Shown here: in pieces, positions 25,686-39,604 of the stretch
Numbering within the stretch: position 1 is the first letter of the stretch
Layout of the letters: each line of letters begins with the position of its first letter
From: Balanoglossus misakiensis
Lineage: Eukaryota; Animalia; Hemichordata
Assembly (NCBI GenBank): GCA_040954595.2
Contig: CM082593.2
Coordinates: forward strand, 8,220,043 to 8,284,042
Direction of reading: 5' to 3'
Length of the DNA: 64,000 nucleotides
Notes under the pieces: generated by a model
The model's input: the letters and a program-made list of their open reading frames with translations, nothing else
Told to the model about the DNA's origin: nothing
The model's database searches: none
Translations under genes and position numbers: made by a program

Positions 25686-26919
25686 CCTATCCGTAAAGTC
25701 AATTTCAACTTACATTTCCTAGATGTCACCTCTGACACACAACACCTCAGCCATTGACACATCTATCTTATCTCAATAATGACAACACCTTCAACTTAAT
25801 ATATCCATCTTCATTTCAAAGCCCTTCCCCTCTCACATTCAAGGATATACGTCAACATGCTTATCATTTTGCTGCCTGTGAGTCCATTAATTTCTGTAAT
25901 CTGTCATGAGGGATACGCAATGACATCATTACCAATTAAGATCTTCTAGCTCATGAGTAGGCCAGTTACGACATACCAGTTAGCAGTTGTCATTTCTCAA
26001 GTCTGCTGTTTTCAATCTCAATATAAAACTCTTTGTCTCATTCTGTCTACCTGTCAGACTACACAACTTCATTCCACCTAAAGAATTGTCTGCCTGTCTA
26101 TTCATTCATCTATAACATCTATTTGGTTGCCTATTTGTCGTTTCACATATATATACAATGTATATATACAATAATACATATATGTCTCTGCATCCACCCA
26201 TACAGCAGCTGACCTAAACCTTCATCTATTTGCCATCAATCATGATGTTAGTTTTTCCTCATTTCCGCTCTCCATTAGATGATCTTGCTCCTCTAGATCT
26301 CTCAACATTCTTTCTGGTATCGATGGAGACTCTCTCTGGACGTCTGTGACGCATTCATATGTCCCCCATCTACTATGCTAGTGTTCTGATAGTGAATTTC
26401 ACTGTTGATAGTACGGAATTTGTATTTGCACTGTGTAACCAAAGGTACAGTTAATGCTGAAATAATGCTGTCATGATACTAAGAACCCGTTTTATGTAGA
26501 ATGGTAAAACATGCATGATGAACTGCCTTTTGACAATTTCAAATATAAGTGGCAATATGCTTCAACCTGGATGACCACATTTCCTGGCATTTATAATTGT
26601 CGATCGGCTACACTAGGTTTGATAGATATCAACACACTTTTTGCAAATCTTAACATGGTCACACCCCTAGAATACTTACAGGCTAGTTATTACATAGTTT
26701 GGAACAATATCGCGTTATATTCGCGGGATATCATGACAATATTTTGACAAGTTGCTCAGCAACAAGTCAAAATATAGCCACATCAAGACTGTAGACAATC
26801 ACCCATCAAGTCTTGATTCCATGTTGAATGGCATAGTTTCTGGCAAGATTTGACAATGTCACACTATTTTTATTCATAATATTAATATCAGAGATACAAA
26901 AGACATTGCAGTACACTGG

Positions 26920-27024
26920 TAGCATGGTCTCCATACCAGTGTGTTCTTTAGACATATAGAAATTCACTCACTGTGTGTGAATTTCTATATATCTAAAAAA
27001 AACACTGGTATGGAGACCAGGCTA
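26920..27024. mobile_element. TAG...CTA hairpin MITE with 9 bp TSD (Academ-like)
   Basis: Near-perfect 105 bp palindrome; gtacactgg at 26911-26919 and 27025-27033. Confidence 0.85.
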
Positions 27025-27271
27025 GTACACTGGTGGCATATTCCCTCACAAACTAAATCTATTACCCCATGATATGTCCCGACCCAGTGAAATCAATGCA
27101 TACATTCATAGTTTCAAGAGAATTCTGAAGTACAATTATTGTTACATAAAGATCAATACAACGTCTTTATCGTAGTATACTTACAGTCCAATACATGATT
27201 GAAAGTCTCTATACACATGAAGGTGTGATAGAATTCATTGAATTAAATCGATTCATTCTTTACTGCTACTC

Positions 27272-27373
27272 TAGTCTAGAATCTAGCCGTATTTTGTCTG
27301 CTTTGCTTCCAAAACTAGTAGACCTAGTAGTTTTGGAAGCAAAGTGGACAAAATACGGTTAGATACTAGACTA
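27272..27373. mobile_element. TAG...CTA hairpin MITE with apparent 3 bp TSD (Academ-like)
   Basis: 102 bp palindrome tagtctag...ctagacta flanked by ctc/ctc; one arm repeated at 58847-58899. Confidence 0.8.
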
Positions 27374-28940
27374 CTCTGATTCTGGGTCGAGTCTATGGGC
27401 GGGAATGAGGACATAAAGAATTGAAGTATTTACAATACAGAATGTAAATCCTTACAATGATACCAGACTGTAAAGCAGACTTCCCTCAAAGACAACTTTA
27501 TAAAACATGATCATCGGTTCAGACAGCGACGTCCCTTGACAACAGATAGCTACAGATTGTGTGATAGACAATGACCATACAGTAGCAACTAGCATTGTCT
27601 GTGAATAGCCATCATACATGTATATCTCGTGTTTATAGTTACAACCAACCCAGCTTTGTTTTTGAGGATCTCCTGGATTCTTCTGCACCCTTAACTGAAA
27701 GCTCCCCTATGCATTAACCCGTACTGCAAATGGAGTTAGGCTTCACTATTAAACCCAGAGGCAATCACCATTTCTATGTAAACTTAATAACCTTCATTTA
27801 CATCATACACCTACAATTACCAAATAAGGGTCGCATAGGCTAAAAATGTACAGTTTAATTTAGAATATCCCTGCAGACAAGTCTATAAATCAATGATGTA
27901 TGTATGTATGTAATTATGTGAAACAAAAGCTAAACAGATCATTGATATCAGTGCAGCATTAAGGCTATCTCATCCAATGAATGGTCATCTATAATCAATT
28001 TATCAGCTATTTTAAGTAATTTAGTTTCAGTCCTTCTATCAAGGGTTCATTGATACATTTGGTCGCTTTTTCTAATGTATCTGAAGTAAACATTACCGTT
28101 TTCACACTGACCGGTGTTTGTGCACAATTTTCGGACAAGCATTTTCAGTGTCAGTAGTATAATGCCATGCAAAGCAATAGCGACTCAGGTTTTTATTTGT
28201 TGTATAATTTTTTAAAGACACCCCAAGTTCCAATTTGACTTCTGATATGGCACGTGTTAAAGTTTTAACAGAAAACTATAAATTTAGGACTAACGAGGAA
28301 ATTTGACCCAAAATTGAAATTGTATCGATCAGGGAATGAGAGCTGAAAGCAAAGGTTGCACATTTAGAAAGAATTATCAATCATGCTTAATGACAAATTT
28401 GGTAGTAGCAGAACCCATTAAACATATTTTTTCTTCACACAGCTCACCCTAAAATAAAACGTTACAGTGTTAGGCTTGACATTATGAACAATGACTACAG
28501 GTTGTGAGCAGAGAAGTACGAGTATCTTGGGTGCAGTTAAGTTAATCCATCACTTGCTGTCACTCATGATAATCATCACACTATCCCAGAATGCAATACA
28601 AACTCTGAAACGTGCCACTTCATATTGCAATCTATGCAGATGCCCTCATATATAGAACCCACTCGAAATATCAATGCTGCAAAAGGATATATATTGACTA
28701 TCACTGACAGACATGCTGAATTTGAGATATTTCCAATAACAATGCTGGATTGTATCAAAACACCAAAATTGACATGTGCATCATAATAATATTTTATTTT
28801 GCCAGAGAATCATAGTATCAGTCTGGTCAGCAGGAATATCTGAGAAATAGACGTGAAAAAATGTAACGAAATCGCTGTGTATGCAGCTTTCATATTGGAC
28901 AATTTACACTGTTATACAAATTGATGTGCATGTAAATGTA

Positions 28941-29148
28941 CTGTAAAACGGGTTATTTTCACAACAGGAAATTTTCGCGATATCGAAAGAGGCAACTGTT
29001 ACACGAGGATTAATTTTCGTGTTCTCATATATCACTAACTGCATCTTTATCTTCGAAAAACATTTTACGCAACTTTTTGTTTTCACGTTTTTTGGTTCTC
29101 GTGTATTTCGTGGAAATTTATTGCTCGCGAAAATGACAAGTTTTACCG
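28941..29148 (-). mobile_element. Tc1/mariner-like MITE family D
   Basis: ta|ctgtaaaacgggttatttt ... aagttttaccg|ta; inverted relative to the 8813 copy. Confidence 0.85.
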
Positions 29149-29917
29149 TATATGCCACACAGTACATGTGCATGTGTCAGACCTAATTTGGATGAGATCT
29201 GTTTACAAGTATACGCAGGGGATAACTTTGAAAATAAAAAATAACAAACTTGGTGGTTGCAATTTTGTATCATATAATTTAATGGATGTGCATATGTACC
29301 TATTAATACATTCTTCTTGAATGAAATCAGCCACTAAGGTTTGTAGTGTGAGGCAATAGCATTAAGAATACCGCACCGCGTAAATAAAAGACGTCGCTGT
29401 ACCCTACATCTGATTTTAATCAGATTGGTTGGAGATATGAACGGGACTGACACAGCCATGCATAAACAGAAGCCTGGATACATGGAACCAAATCCAGGTG
29501 ACTGAAAAATTAAGCCGTGTGCCGACATTTCTGCTCTCTGTGACCTCTACAAGGGGTCACTGCAATGAATGTATCAGTCTACCACTCCACACCCCTTTGG
29601 ACTTTGTCCACGGGGACTAATTAGCATAATGAGAGGAAGAGTGCAGGTATTACATACAATTTTTTTAATCAAGCAGTGTTGCTATGCCTTGTGGTTCCGT
29701 GTATATGTGACTCTATACGCTAAATAGAGAAAGACACCAAATTTTGACATTGTTTTGTTTCGTATGATATGCTAGCATGCAAATCGTGGACCAGACTCAG
29801 CAGGGGGTTTCAAATTGCAAATATACTGCACACACTAGTAAATACAAACTACACTTTGTGGATATTTGTCAAACACAACTACATTTACATCCGCGTGAAC
29901 AACAAGTAGCAGAAATA

Positions 29918-30109
29918 CTGTAAAACACTTTATTTTCGCGAGCAATAAATTTTCGCGAAATACGCAAGAGCCAAAATAGCATGAAAATAAAAAGTCGCGT
30001 AATTTTTTTTTTTAAGATATCAATGCAGTGAATGAAATAAGAGAACGCGAAAATTAATACTAGCGAAACAGTGGCCTCTCTCAACTCCCTATAATAAAGT
30101 GTATTATAG
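29918..30109 (+). mobile_element. MITE family D, variant TIR (ctgtaaaacactttatttt)
   Basis: Internal match to the 8813 copy; right TIR degenerate (aataaagtgtattatag). Confidence 0.75.
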
Positions 30110-30341
30110 TTTAACTTGATCACATTTGCCCATCCCACATGTGCTTTCCTGTATAAGTAGAGTTCCAGAGAGGCAGCCACTAATTGCAACTAAATTGTAG
30201 ATGATTACTTCCTTATCACTGTCAGATCATTATGATTTGCAACAGATTTGACTGAGGGCTGCATCACCCAATGGCAAGATTATCCAAAATAGCACATGAC
30301 TGGAGATATCAGTGACACATTATGTTGACTGCTTTAACTTT

Positions 30342-30608
30342 AGGGAAGGGGTCGTCGCGCCGCATGGGTCAGGGTGTCCCCCCTTTGATGAGAATATGTC
30401 CTCCCATACCAGAGCAAACCCCACTGCAGTCGCCACGACCTACTAGGATCTTTAGTTGCTGTCATGTCCAGTCTATGCTACGGTTGGCTGTTTTGTTCAT
30501 TCTAAGAATTATCCAATTTCAGGGATTTGTGGATGAATCGTAATGTTTATATACAAACAAACAAACAAACAAACAAACAAACAAACGCGGCGCGATGACC
30601 CCTTCCCT
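30342..30608 (+). mobile_element. Kolobok-like MITE family C, short form with (acaa)n
   Basis: TIRs agggaaggggtcgtcgcgccgc / gcggcgcgatgaccccttccct|ttaa. Confidence 0.9.
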
Positions 30609-33127
30609 TTAATATTGGCCAACATTTCAGCGTCTACTTGACTTTAGAATAGACATGATTCTGTCTGACGTTCTGAATTGGACCATGTAGTGAGCTTAGG
30701 CATCAAATTGACAGACTTTCAGAGACATTCCTTCCAAGCTGTTGCATGCACAGCTTTTTCGCTATTGTTTTTATAAGACTTTATAGTGGAAATAAATTTC
30801 TATTTCCTGAATTGACAAATGAGCAGACAAATTATCTACATTTAATAATGCTGAAATTCAGGTCATAGCTACGTACAACATAAGGTACCAAAGTTTTATT
30901 CTTTAAACTTCGCTGTCTATCTGAAGCTCAGTTTGAAATTTATCTTTATCGCCAAATTCGAAATCTGTAAATTAGGATAGCTTTAATTCAAATTTTCAGA
31001 CTACCCCAGATTGAGCATTGATAAATTTTTCCATACGAATTGTAAATCAATTAATAATATATGTATAATTGATAAGATTACTGGATATAAAATTACAATG
31101 CACTGTCGCTTGTCAATTTAATTGTATTGTGTATCACTCTCCCTGGTATTTCAAGCTTTAGGAATCCGAGATCAATGTGTGCTTTCATGTGCGAAATTAT
31201 AAATTGGTGGAAAGACGCCTAGTAGGGAAGCACCATGTGTAAATGATACCCAAATAATGCAGACATTGAGTTTAATACTGGACAATGAGAAGATATGGAG
31301 CAGTGTTGTACATGTACGTATGTGTATACCATATTTTCTCAGCTGACATCCAAAGCAATAGAAAATTCAATCCGAATTTACCTTATCACTCTTAACTGGA
31401 ATTTTACTCAAATAAAAATAATAACATGAGACAAGAAATTCTTTGGTTGTGCTCACCACTGTCAAATTAAGAAAAGTACATTAGAAGCTTTGTACAGTTT
31501 ACAGCAAAAGTCATGCCATACATGTATGTGTGTCTGTCTGTAACATGGCTCAGACTCATATCTGCCATAGCTTTGTCAAGTTATGGCTGAGTCTGGTAAA
31601 TTCAATTCTACTGGTACATGTATGATGTACAATGTACATCTGGCAGCCATTTTCCCAAGATTTTGGCAAAGTGGCAATCCCATAAAACATAAAATTCAAG
31701 ACAAGCACTACCCTAAAATTTATTTTAATTTTATTCTTTTACACAGATGGCATATGTTCCTTTGGATCATCCCACACAAGAAATACATGTATTCACCAAT
31801 CAGGGCACTGGATGATTTGGCCAATCACAGCCATGGCTAGAATGAAAGACCCCTTTTCATTGGTGCAGCAGCTGAACAGGTTGGGATACAGAGCAGGAAA
31901 CAAGAAATGTGAGGTCTATGACAGGTTGAAGTTACTCTTGAGTTCAAATGTTGGAAAGTTGAATGTAAAAGACGGTACAGTACAGATCCCACGAGAGTTC
32001 TCATCGTATTAACATCACATCTCAAGAATGATCACATTGTAGAGCAACATGTTCACATCACATCAGCACTGCATTGCATCATCAATCCCAACGAAAATGA
32101 TCAGTCACAGTTGATATCAAATTAACAATCTTGATAAACATCTTTTGCCAAACTACAGTAAACTTAACCCTTTCTGGCCGGATATCCTATATATAGGAGA
32201 AATTCAGATACGTTCCCAGAAAGCCAGGCTTGAAAGGGAAAGGGAAAAAAATTCAAAACAGCTGCTCATATTCAAGCTATACCAGATAATAATTGCGATC
32301 ATCACCATCCAAAATTCGCAGGTCAAATACCCAGTATTTACATGACAAAGGGAAAATTTAATTACAGAATGATGACTCCTCAAGAACCTACAACTGAAAT
32401 CACAGATTACTCATAAACTGACAATATGAACTTCTGGTGAGCTGAGAGTATAGGAATTCTGTGAAATAAAAAATCCCTTCACATTATGGTCATACATGTA
32501 TCACTTTTTGTTTTCATAGCCCCCCCCCCCCCCCAAAAGAAGAAGACTGTGAGTGTTTTGGTGGACCCCAAATTTTCATGTAAAAATCTATACGTGCTAT
32601 GAAGAAATGATCAGATTGATAAACTTGAAAGTGGCACAAATTATCACACAACATTTTCTTAAATGAATATTATGTTATCATGATAAATATATGTAGCAAT
32701 AGAAATAAAACCCAACCTTTGTACCTTTTTCAGTGGCCTTCCATTTGCTGACTTTTAAGAGATGTATTTTACTGATTAAGTTTCTATATTTATCGTAATA
32801 AAATTTCTGTCAATTCTTTTATTGCAAAGCTCTTAAAGTACTTCGACAATTCTCAGTAAGTATCTGTATATCATAAGAGTGCACTGTACGTATACTGAGT
32901 TTGAATGAAATCAGTTGAAGCATGTTCCTCGAGAGTAATTGGTTTCAAACTTATAAAAACATAATTATGAAATGGCTGCCACATTGGCAGCCATATTGAA
33001 TCATATCACGAAACACATTGGTGTGCATATACACATTACAGTACATTGTCCTTGTTTTAAAAATGTTCAGATCCCTGTCTGTGTTATGGCTTCACGCATA
33101 ATACATCACAACAAAATGCTGCCTTAA

Positions 33128-33336
33128 AAGCATCTAGAGCTGCCAAATTTCACATATTTTTTTAACAATAAAATGCTTCAAATATATTCCTATCCTTTAC
33201 CAAGATAGCTGCATACTGTTTGTATGGAGGCTTAATTATATAGTAGGTCATGGCGACTGAAGTGGGGTTTGCGCTTGTATGGGAACACGTATTCTCATCA
33301 AGGGGGACACCCACGTGGCGCAACGACCGCTTCCTT
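33128..33336 (-). mobile_element. Fused fragments of MITE family F (33128-33240) and family C (33241-33336)
   Basis: Left part is the reverse complement of the family F right end; right part is the reverse complement of the family C left end; TTAA at both outer borders. Confidence 0.7.
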
Positions 33337-33943
33337 TTAAGATGGCATGGACAGCTACATGTAGTAATTATAAATGAACAGCATAGCAATGTGAGGATGA
33401 TTCAATGCTTGTAACCAACTTCATAATGCATTCAAAGCCACCATTCCAATGGTAAATGCCAATTTACAACCAGATAGTAGTTATTATAGCCATTACTGTG
33501 TTTGTTCACATTTTGCCGGCATTTTTTAGAAATATATCACCATCAATGTGTTTTTTTTCCCCTGATGGATATCTACTTTAACTACACGGTACATGTACGT
33601 CTCGAACTATTTCACTTCATATCGTAGTCAACTCAGTCTCAACATCTTCTAAAATTGACACCTGCAATTTTCTGGACAACTTTTGTTGCCAAATGGTGTG
33701 AAAGTGATGTATCAGCCGATATTTGCATTTTAAAGATGGGATTTAATCAAAATCCGACCACATATTTACTGGGGTTTTTTTTTTTTTTGCTTTTTTATGG
33801 GGAGTACTTTGACTTGGTAATTTTGATACTGCTGTGTACATACATGTACAGTACACTACCGTAGTGTTGCAGACGACATTAAAGGGACAGAATGATAGAA
33901 TGAAACTGAATTCAAAATATGAAATTGAAACTCATCTCAGTTG

Positions 33944-34132
33944 CTGTAAAACGGGTTATTTTTGCGAGCAATAAATTTTCGCGAAATATGCGAGAGCCCA
34001 AAAAAACGTGAAAATGTTTATCGGAGATAACGATGCAGTGAAATGAATGAACGTGAAAATTAATCCTCGCGTAACAGTTGCCTCTTTTCATATCGCGAAC
34101 ATTTCCTGTTGCGAAAATTACCCGTTTTACAG
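33944..34132 (+). mobile_element. Tc1/mariner-like MITE family D
   Basis: ctgtaaaacgggttattt ... ttacccgttttacag|ta. Confidence 0.85.
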
Positions 34133-34299
34133 TATTTCTTTGCAAGAACATCAACTCTATAAATGGGCAATTTGGACTAGACTTTCCTGAAAGCTGTTTA
34201 ACTGAAGTTCAGCACTCTGAAATGCTTTAAGGAAGTTAAAAGTATTGTCATTTCTTTTAATTGCGGATTTTTTGTTTCTCATTTGCATGTATAATGATA

Positions 34300-34480
34300 A
34301 TCCATAATAAAATATAGGGGTCACAGCGCTTGTTTTTGAAATACAAGGCCACAAATTATTAAGTCGATAATTGAAGAAAACTGCTGAGTCAGCATTTTCC
34401 GCCAATGCTTTGTCTATGGGCAAAATATTCAGCAAAGTTTATCTCAAAACAGAGCGCGGTGACCATACGATTTTATTTGA
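34300..34480. mobile_element. Inverted-repeat core of a larger DNA element, centred near a TGCTGAGTCAGCA palindrome
   Basis: aataaaatataggggtcacagcgcttgtttttgaaata pairs imperfectly with tatctcaaaacagagcgcggtgaccatacgattttatt; related core at 44090-44160. Confidence 0.55.
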
Positions 34481-35132
34481 CCGATGAATTTATTTTTATT
34501 TGACTGAGGTATTGGTAAAATTTCATGAAAATGACAATAGTAGAAGTGAGTTTTCTGGCTATTCTCAATGTAATCCTATGGAAAAAGATGAATGCGCACA
34601 GTTTTCCAGTTTATGTTGCGTGCGTACATCCTTAAGTTGTTGCCAGAGTTTCAAGTATCTCTGCAGGTTGGTGATACTGACTTCTATCAATTACAACTAT
34701 TGACAGAGTGCTTGACTGAGTAAGTGAATAATCCAATTAAATGACAGTCTTGTGTCTAAAACAACTTGCCATTTACTGCTTTTTTTCCACTACTTGCTAC
34801 CCATTCTGTTTACGTTACTACATTCCAGATGAATCTACAAGTACGTGTATGTAATTTCTTGTAAAATAATTTGCAGACTTTGAATACAAATATTTGGTAA
34901 ATTGTATGATTTATTTATTGTTGACATTTTGAAAACTGTAAAACAGGAAATTCTCACATCAGGAAATTTTGGCGATAATAACAGAGAACCACTGTTGATA
35001 CCATCCTGGATGGAAGACTACAGTATAAAAGGGGTTAAGGTCCAATCTCAAATTTGACCCTCAGTGCCTACTTGCAGCGTGGATGCCTAATGTCAGCCTG
35101 GATCCCTGTAGTCACCACTACCACTACTTATA

Positions 35133-35436
35133 CCAGGTTCACACAGGGTAAAATTTGAGACACTATTTGCCTATGGTAAACACAGAGCATCAATCCTTTT
35201 GAGTCGCGTTGTGTCCACACACACAAAGTTTATGTATAGGCGCTGAGGCTCGGCCCCTATAGACAATGGGTTGCAGAGAGGTGTTAATCCTTACACCTGC
35301 TCAGGTCTGGCCAGCAAAGCCGTCTCAAATCTGAGACGTTTCAGGACCACTTTTAGCCATTCACACATAATAATTTATGCCAGTATTTGACCAAAGACGT
35401 TTCAGAAACATCTTAACGGTCCCTGTATGAACCCCA
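35133..35436 (+). mobile_element. MITE family A, copy 2
   Basis: TIR ggttcacacaggg / ccctgtatgaacc; TA on both sides; matches 664-971. Confidence 0.8.
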
Positions 35437-36428
35437 TAATAGAAATTTAACCCCAAGCAAGGGTTTTTTTATGATATGACCATGTCCCAGATAGTCCAAC
35501 GAATATCTCCGCCATTGCCATGGCGATAATGCCTCCCAAAGCTGGACACTCTCGCCATACATGTAGGTCCCAGACTGACTGTGCATAGTGTCACTGTCAA
35601 CAAAACAAATGTATCCCACGGTAGACTCATATATGGCAATGATCACATGGTTGACAAGTGAAGACCTTGCATTCACTAAAGGACTGTAAGAATATAGTCC
35701 AGGCAAGGAAAGTATTAAAGGTCATATCTATTTTCAATTTAGTTTTGCAGTGACACAAGATATTGTTGATATCATTATACATGTTATGATCAGTACAATT
35801 TTCTTAACCCACTTCATTGCTATCACGATAACAAATTTAATTTAAAAAAACAACTTTATGATAATATAATAGTTTACCACTGCCACAAAAACAACATACA
35901 TGTACATGTATCTGAAAATAAAACTATCATAAACAGGACTGTTGTTTAACGCCATGTTGGATAGAGATTGTCGCATAATTTACAATGAATCCTGATCTTC
36001 ATAACCATGCACTTATAATTAGAAAAATCAAGCTATATGTGATTCGATATACCTGTATTAGTTCAAAATGATCTTGCTGATTAATGAAGCAAGTAGTTCG
36101 TGATCATTGCAGAGTACAGCAACAGAAATGGATTTTCCAAACATTAAACTTGATTACATCACAACATCGATCTACAGAAAAAACTGAGAACATTAGATCT
36201 CGCTTTGTATATACACATGCTCACTAAATATTTAACCTCTTTTTCATCACAAATTGAAAGTCTACATTTACAAACACTTGTGTGACATTTAAATGATATT
36301 TCTTCAGAGAAGACAACAACACAATCAAATTGAAGATCATGAACAATGGAAATTTAACTTCAAATCCGTTTTCATAACATTAACAATTTAACTGCGAAAT
36401 GAAGGATACTCAACTGGTTAAGGAAATA

Positions 36429-36606
36429 CTGTAAAACACTTTATTTTCGCGAGTTGAAATTTTCGTGATATCAAGAGAGACCACTGTTTCGCGAGTATTA
36501 ATTTTTGCGTTCTCTTATTTCATTCACTGCATCATTATCTTCAAAAAAACTTTTTATTTGTTTTGGTTCGAAAATTTATTGCTCGCGAATATAAAGTGTT
36601 TTACAG
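36429..36606 (-). mobile_element. MITE family D, variant TIR
   Basis: ta|ctgtaaaacactttattttcgcgag ... ctcgcgaatataaagtgttttacag|ta. Confidence 0.85.
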
Positions 36607-38583
36607 TAGTTCAAATATAAAACTTTGACATTTCTGGTAAAGTAAGTGCACTCAATTGAAGAATACAACTTAAAGCCATTTGTGCAATTTGATTCACATA
36701 AAAGGTCACTGTAAACTTCAGATTGAAGAAAAGTACCCTTTACTTCTGGAATGTGAAACTTTATAGGTCTGTACAAAGCAACAGGTGGTTGCTATGGATG
36801 AAATGTCAGGCACCAAAGGACCAGGATGTGTGACCTTAAAGAAGGTCATACATAAAAACAGGTTATGTTTGAAACCATATACCGGTACAATGCACCTGCT
36901 TGCAAATCACAACATAAGTCTGTGTAATTTCTGTAAAGAAGTTGTACGTATTTTAAGTGTAATAACTTTCCAAATAAATGTGTTAAGTATGTCCAAAAGA
37001 CTGTGGTCAGTCACTATGTGTCTATAAGAGTAATGTGACATGTTGATGCAAGTTTGTGATTCCACTAGGGAATACTATATGTTTATAGGATTGCTAAGTA
37101 TTGTTAGGCAAGTGTACACTGACATTCAATGGGGTGGGGTCAACACGTGTGTTTCAACCAACATCTGCTCTGGGACCTCAGCATTTTGAGACTACGATGT
37201 ATACTTCTAGGCCGTGCTTGATTTTGAATTGTGAACAACCTACTGGCCTTTAATATACTTATTCAATTTATATATTTCGTGTTGATTCAAAATCCTAACC
37301 CCAGGTACACTTTAATAAACACACAATTGTCAGAAACACACAAAGATTTTAAAACATGCTAAATTTGGTTCTCGTTAATTTGTAGGTTTCTTTACATACG
37401 TACAGTACTATCTCTGGTAGTTTAACTTTATTCTCCTGAAAACAGCAATCATATCCATGACCTTTTAACATACATTGCATATTAATATTTTCTTCTCTTT
37501 TTAATACATGTTTTACAAAACACATTTTTTTACTTTTGTTCCACTTCCAGGAAACAGCTGGTCAAGGAATTTTCTTTAACTGAAAGAATGTTGCACGTGT
37601 TGTTATTTTTTTCATAAAACCTAAAAACCTACACACACTGGTAGAATTTGTTTTGTTTAACCCCCTGACAACTTCAACTCATTACATGCCCAGGCACGGC
37701 ACACAATTCATCCAAAAGAAATTTATGTCAGCGTTCAGGAAGTGAAAACGACTGCTTTTGGGAGATATCACTATTTTTACTGGAGAATTGGGAATCTATT
37801 CTAAATGGAAATGGGAACTAGGGTAGTATGACTCTATGCAATACAGTCAAGTATGCCCAAGGGAACTTCCAGATGAAAATCAATGCGGTGCCCTGGTTAG
37901 CATTCACTGGTTTTAACTAGTGTTGACAATAGAGAAAAATAGCTGTGCACTCTGATCATTGTACTAGGGACAGAATCAGAATCTTTTAAAAGAATATTTC
38001 AAGAAATTTATTTTGAATCAAGTTGGACAGGTTATCCTCAAAGCATTACTGACATGAAATCATTCGATCAGCTTTCACGTAAATATTCATTCCTGCACTG
38101 AGTAAAGCGAAAAAAAAATTTTAAAGTATCAAAACTTAAAAGACAAGAATAGGTATTATGTATTTTGCTTCTTTGTTGTGTGTGATGACACCGTAATTGC
38201 CACTACATATACTATCAACACTTGAGTTAGAAACGGTAACAATAAGTTCTAAAACTTAAAATTGTTGCATACACACATAAAAATACAAATCACTAATTGT
38301 TTTATTTATAAAATTGAAGTTCCCTGTTTTGTTTTGTTTTAAATGAGTTGAAAACACACAGCCATCACACAGCAGGTTGTGCATCAAGCTGAACAATATC
38401 AGATGCAGGGATTGGATTGGTCACTTTATAACTGTCTTACGGCTTCAAAGCCAGATGAGCCAGACAGCAGACATCCAGACCATAGAATGAATTAGTGGTC
38501 AAGTATAAAATATTGAGGAGAACATTTCTACATCTGATTTTAATCAGAGTACAATGTAGTTAACATCACAACCAATGCTTTAA

Positions 38584-38668
38584 CCCTTTCACCCCCAGTT
38601 CCCTCTTTAGAGGTCCAATGTTACCATAGGAAACAATGGGTCTGGACTGGACCATGTTGGTGATAGGG
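38584..38668 (+). mobile_element. piggyBac-like ~85 bp MITE family I
   Basis: ttaa|ccctttcacc ... ggtgataggg|ttaa (CCC..GGG termini, TTAA TSD). Confidence 0.85.
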
Positions 38669-39240
38669 TTAAACCCAATTGCCCAGTATAAGGATCTACA
38701 TGGAAACAATTGGATTATACAACATGAAGGAGATAATGCCTGACTTTATTATACAAGCTTACATCTTACCGACAACAATCCATCTGAATGGACTGGTCAT
38801 ATTTGTAGAAACAGCAACAGTGTGAGACTTTTCCTTCCATTTTTTAATTTTTTTGATGATGTCGTAAAACCCAGTCATTTATCAACAAAGAATTAAGTCA
38901 GTTAATATCCTTCAAAATATTTAAGTTAGATTCTGTAGTAATTGGGTTTCTTGTCATAAAATCCTGGTCTAACATTGCTTTAGGTAAAATCAATATTGAG
39001 TAATTTTAATTTCCTTGTCTTACAGCATAAACTACTCTCTTATTACGGTTTGGTAAAAAATAGCCATCAAAAGTTAACACAGTGCACATGTAGTTAAATG
39101 TAATGATTGTAATGGTTTTAATTTGAGCTAATGCTTGAATAACCATAAAGTTTCAATTTCTAAAATTGATCATGATTTTTTGAATTACAGAAACATAAAA
39201 GGGCATGGGACACAGGGTAACTTGAATTTTGAAAGGTTAG

Positions 39241-39604
39241 AGCCTCTAGAGCTGCCACTTTACGCATTATTTTCATGATTTTATTTTCCAACTTAAAAAA
39301 TTGGTCCATCTAATTAAGCTTACTGATACATAGGTAAACATGAACACCTTATCGATGCCCGATTGTGACTGCATGTTGCAATTTGAACATGTTATATATT
39401 AAAACGGTGCCACACCAATTTAATCAGCCTCCATATAATCAGTACACAGCTAGCTATTGTTGTATGCGTCGCCAAGAGATGACAAACTGATGCAAATGCA
39501 AGTAATATGGCTTTAATAATGGTGAGGATTTTAGAGGATAGGGAATATATTTGAAATATTTTACTGTGGAAAAAAATATGTGAAATTTGGCAGCTATAGG
39601 GGCT
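39241..39604 (+). mobile_element. Kolobok-like MITE family F
   Basis: High similarity to 16062-16406 along its length; TSDs mutated. Confidence 0.85.

Noticed and set aside
26241-26377. Acidic minus-strand frame (..MLRDLEEQDHLMES..) as a PKG I-beta-like exon
   Set aside because: Ends in a stop with no donor, no heptad run and no pseudosubstrate.
31812-32012. Protein-looking 66 aa ORF (MARMKDPFSLVQQLNRLGY...)
   Set aside because: No recognisable domain or convincing splice signals; length is expected by chance.
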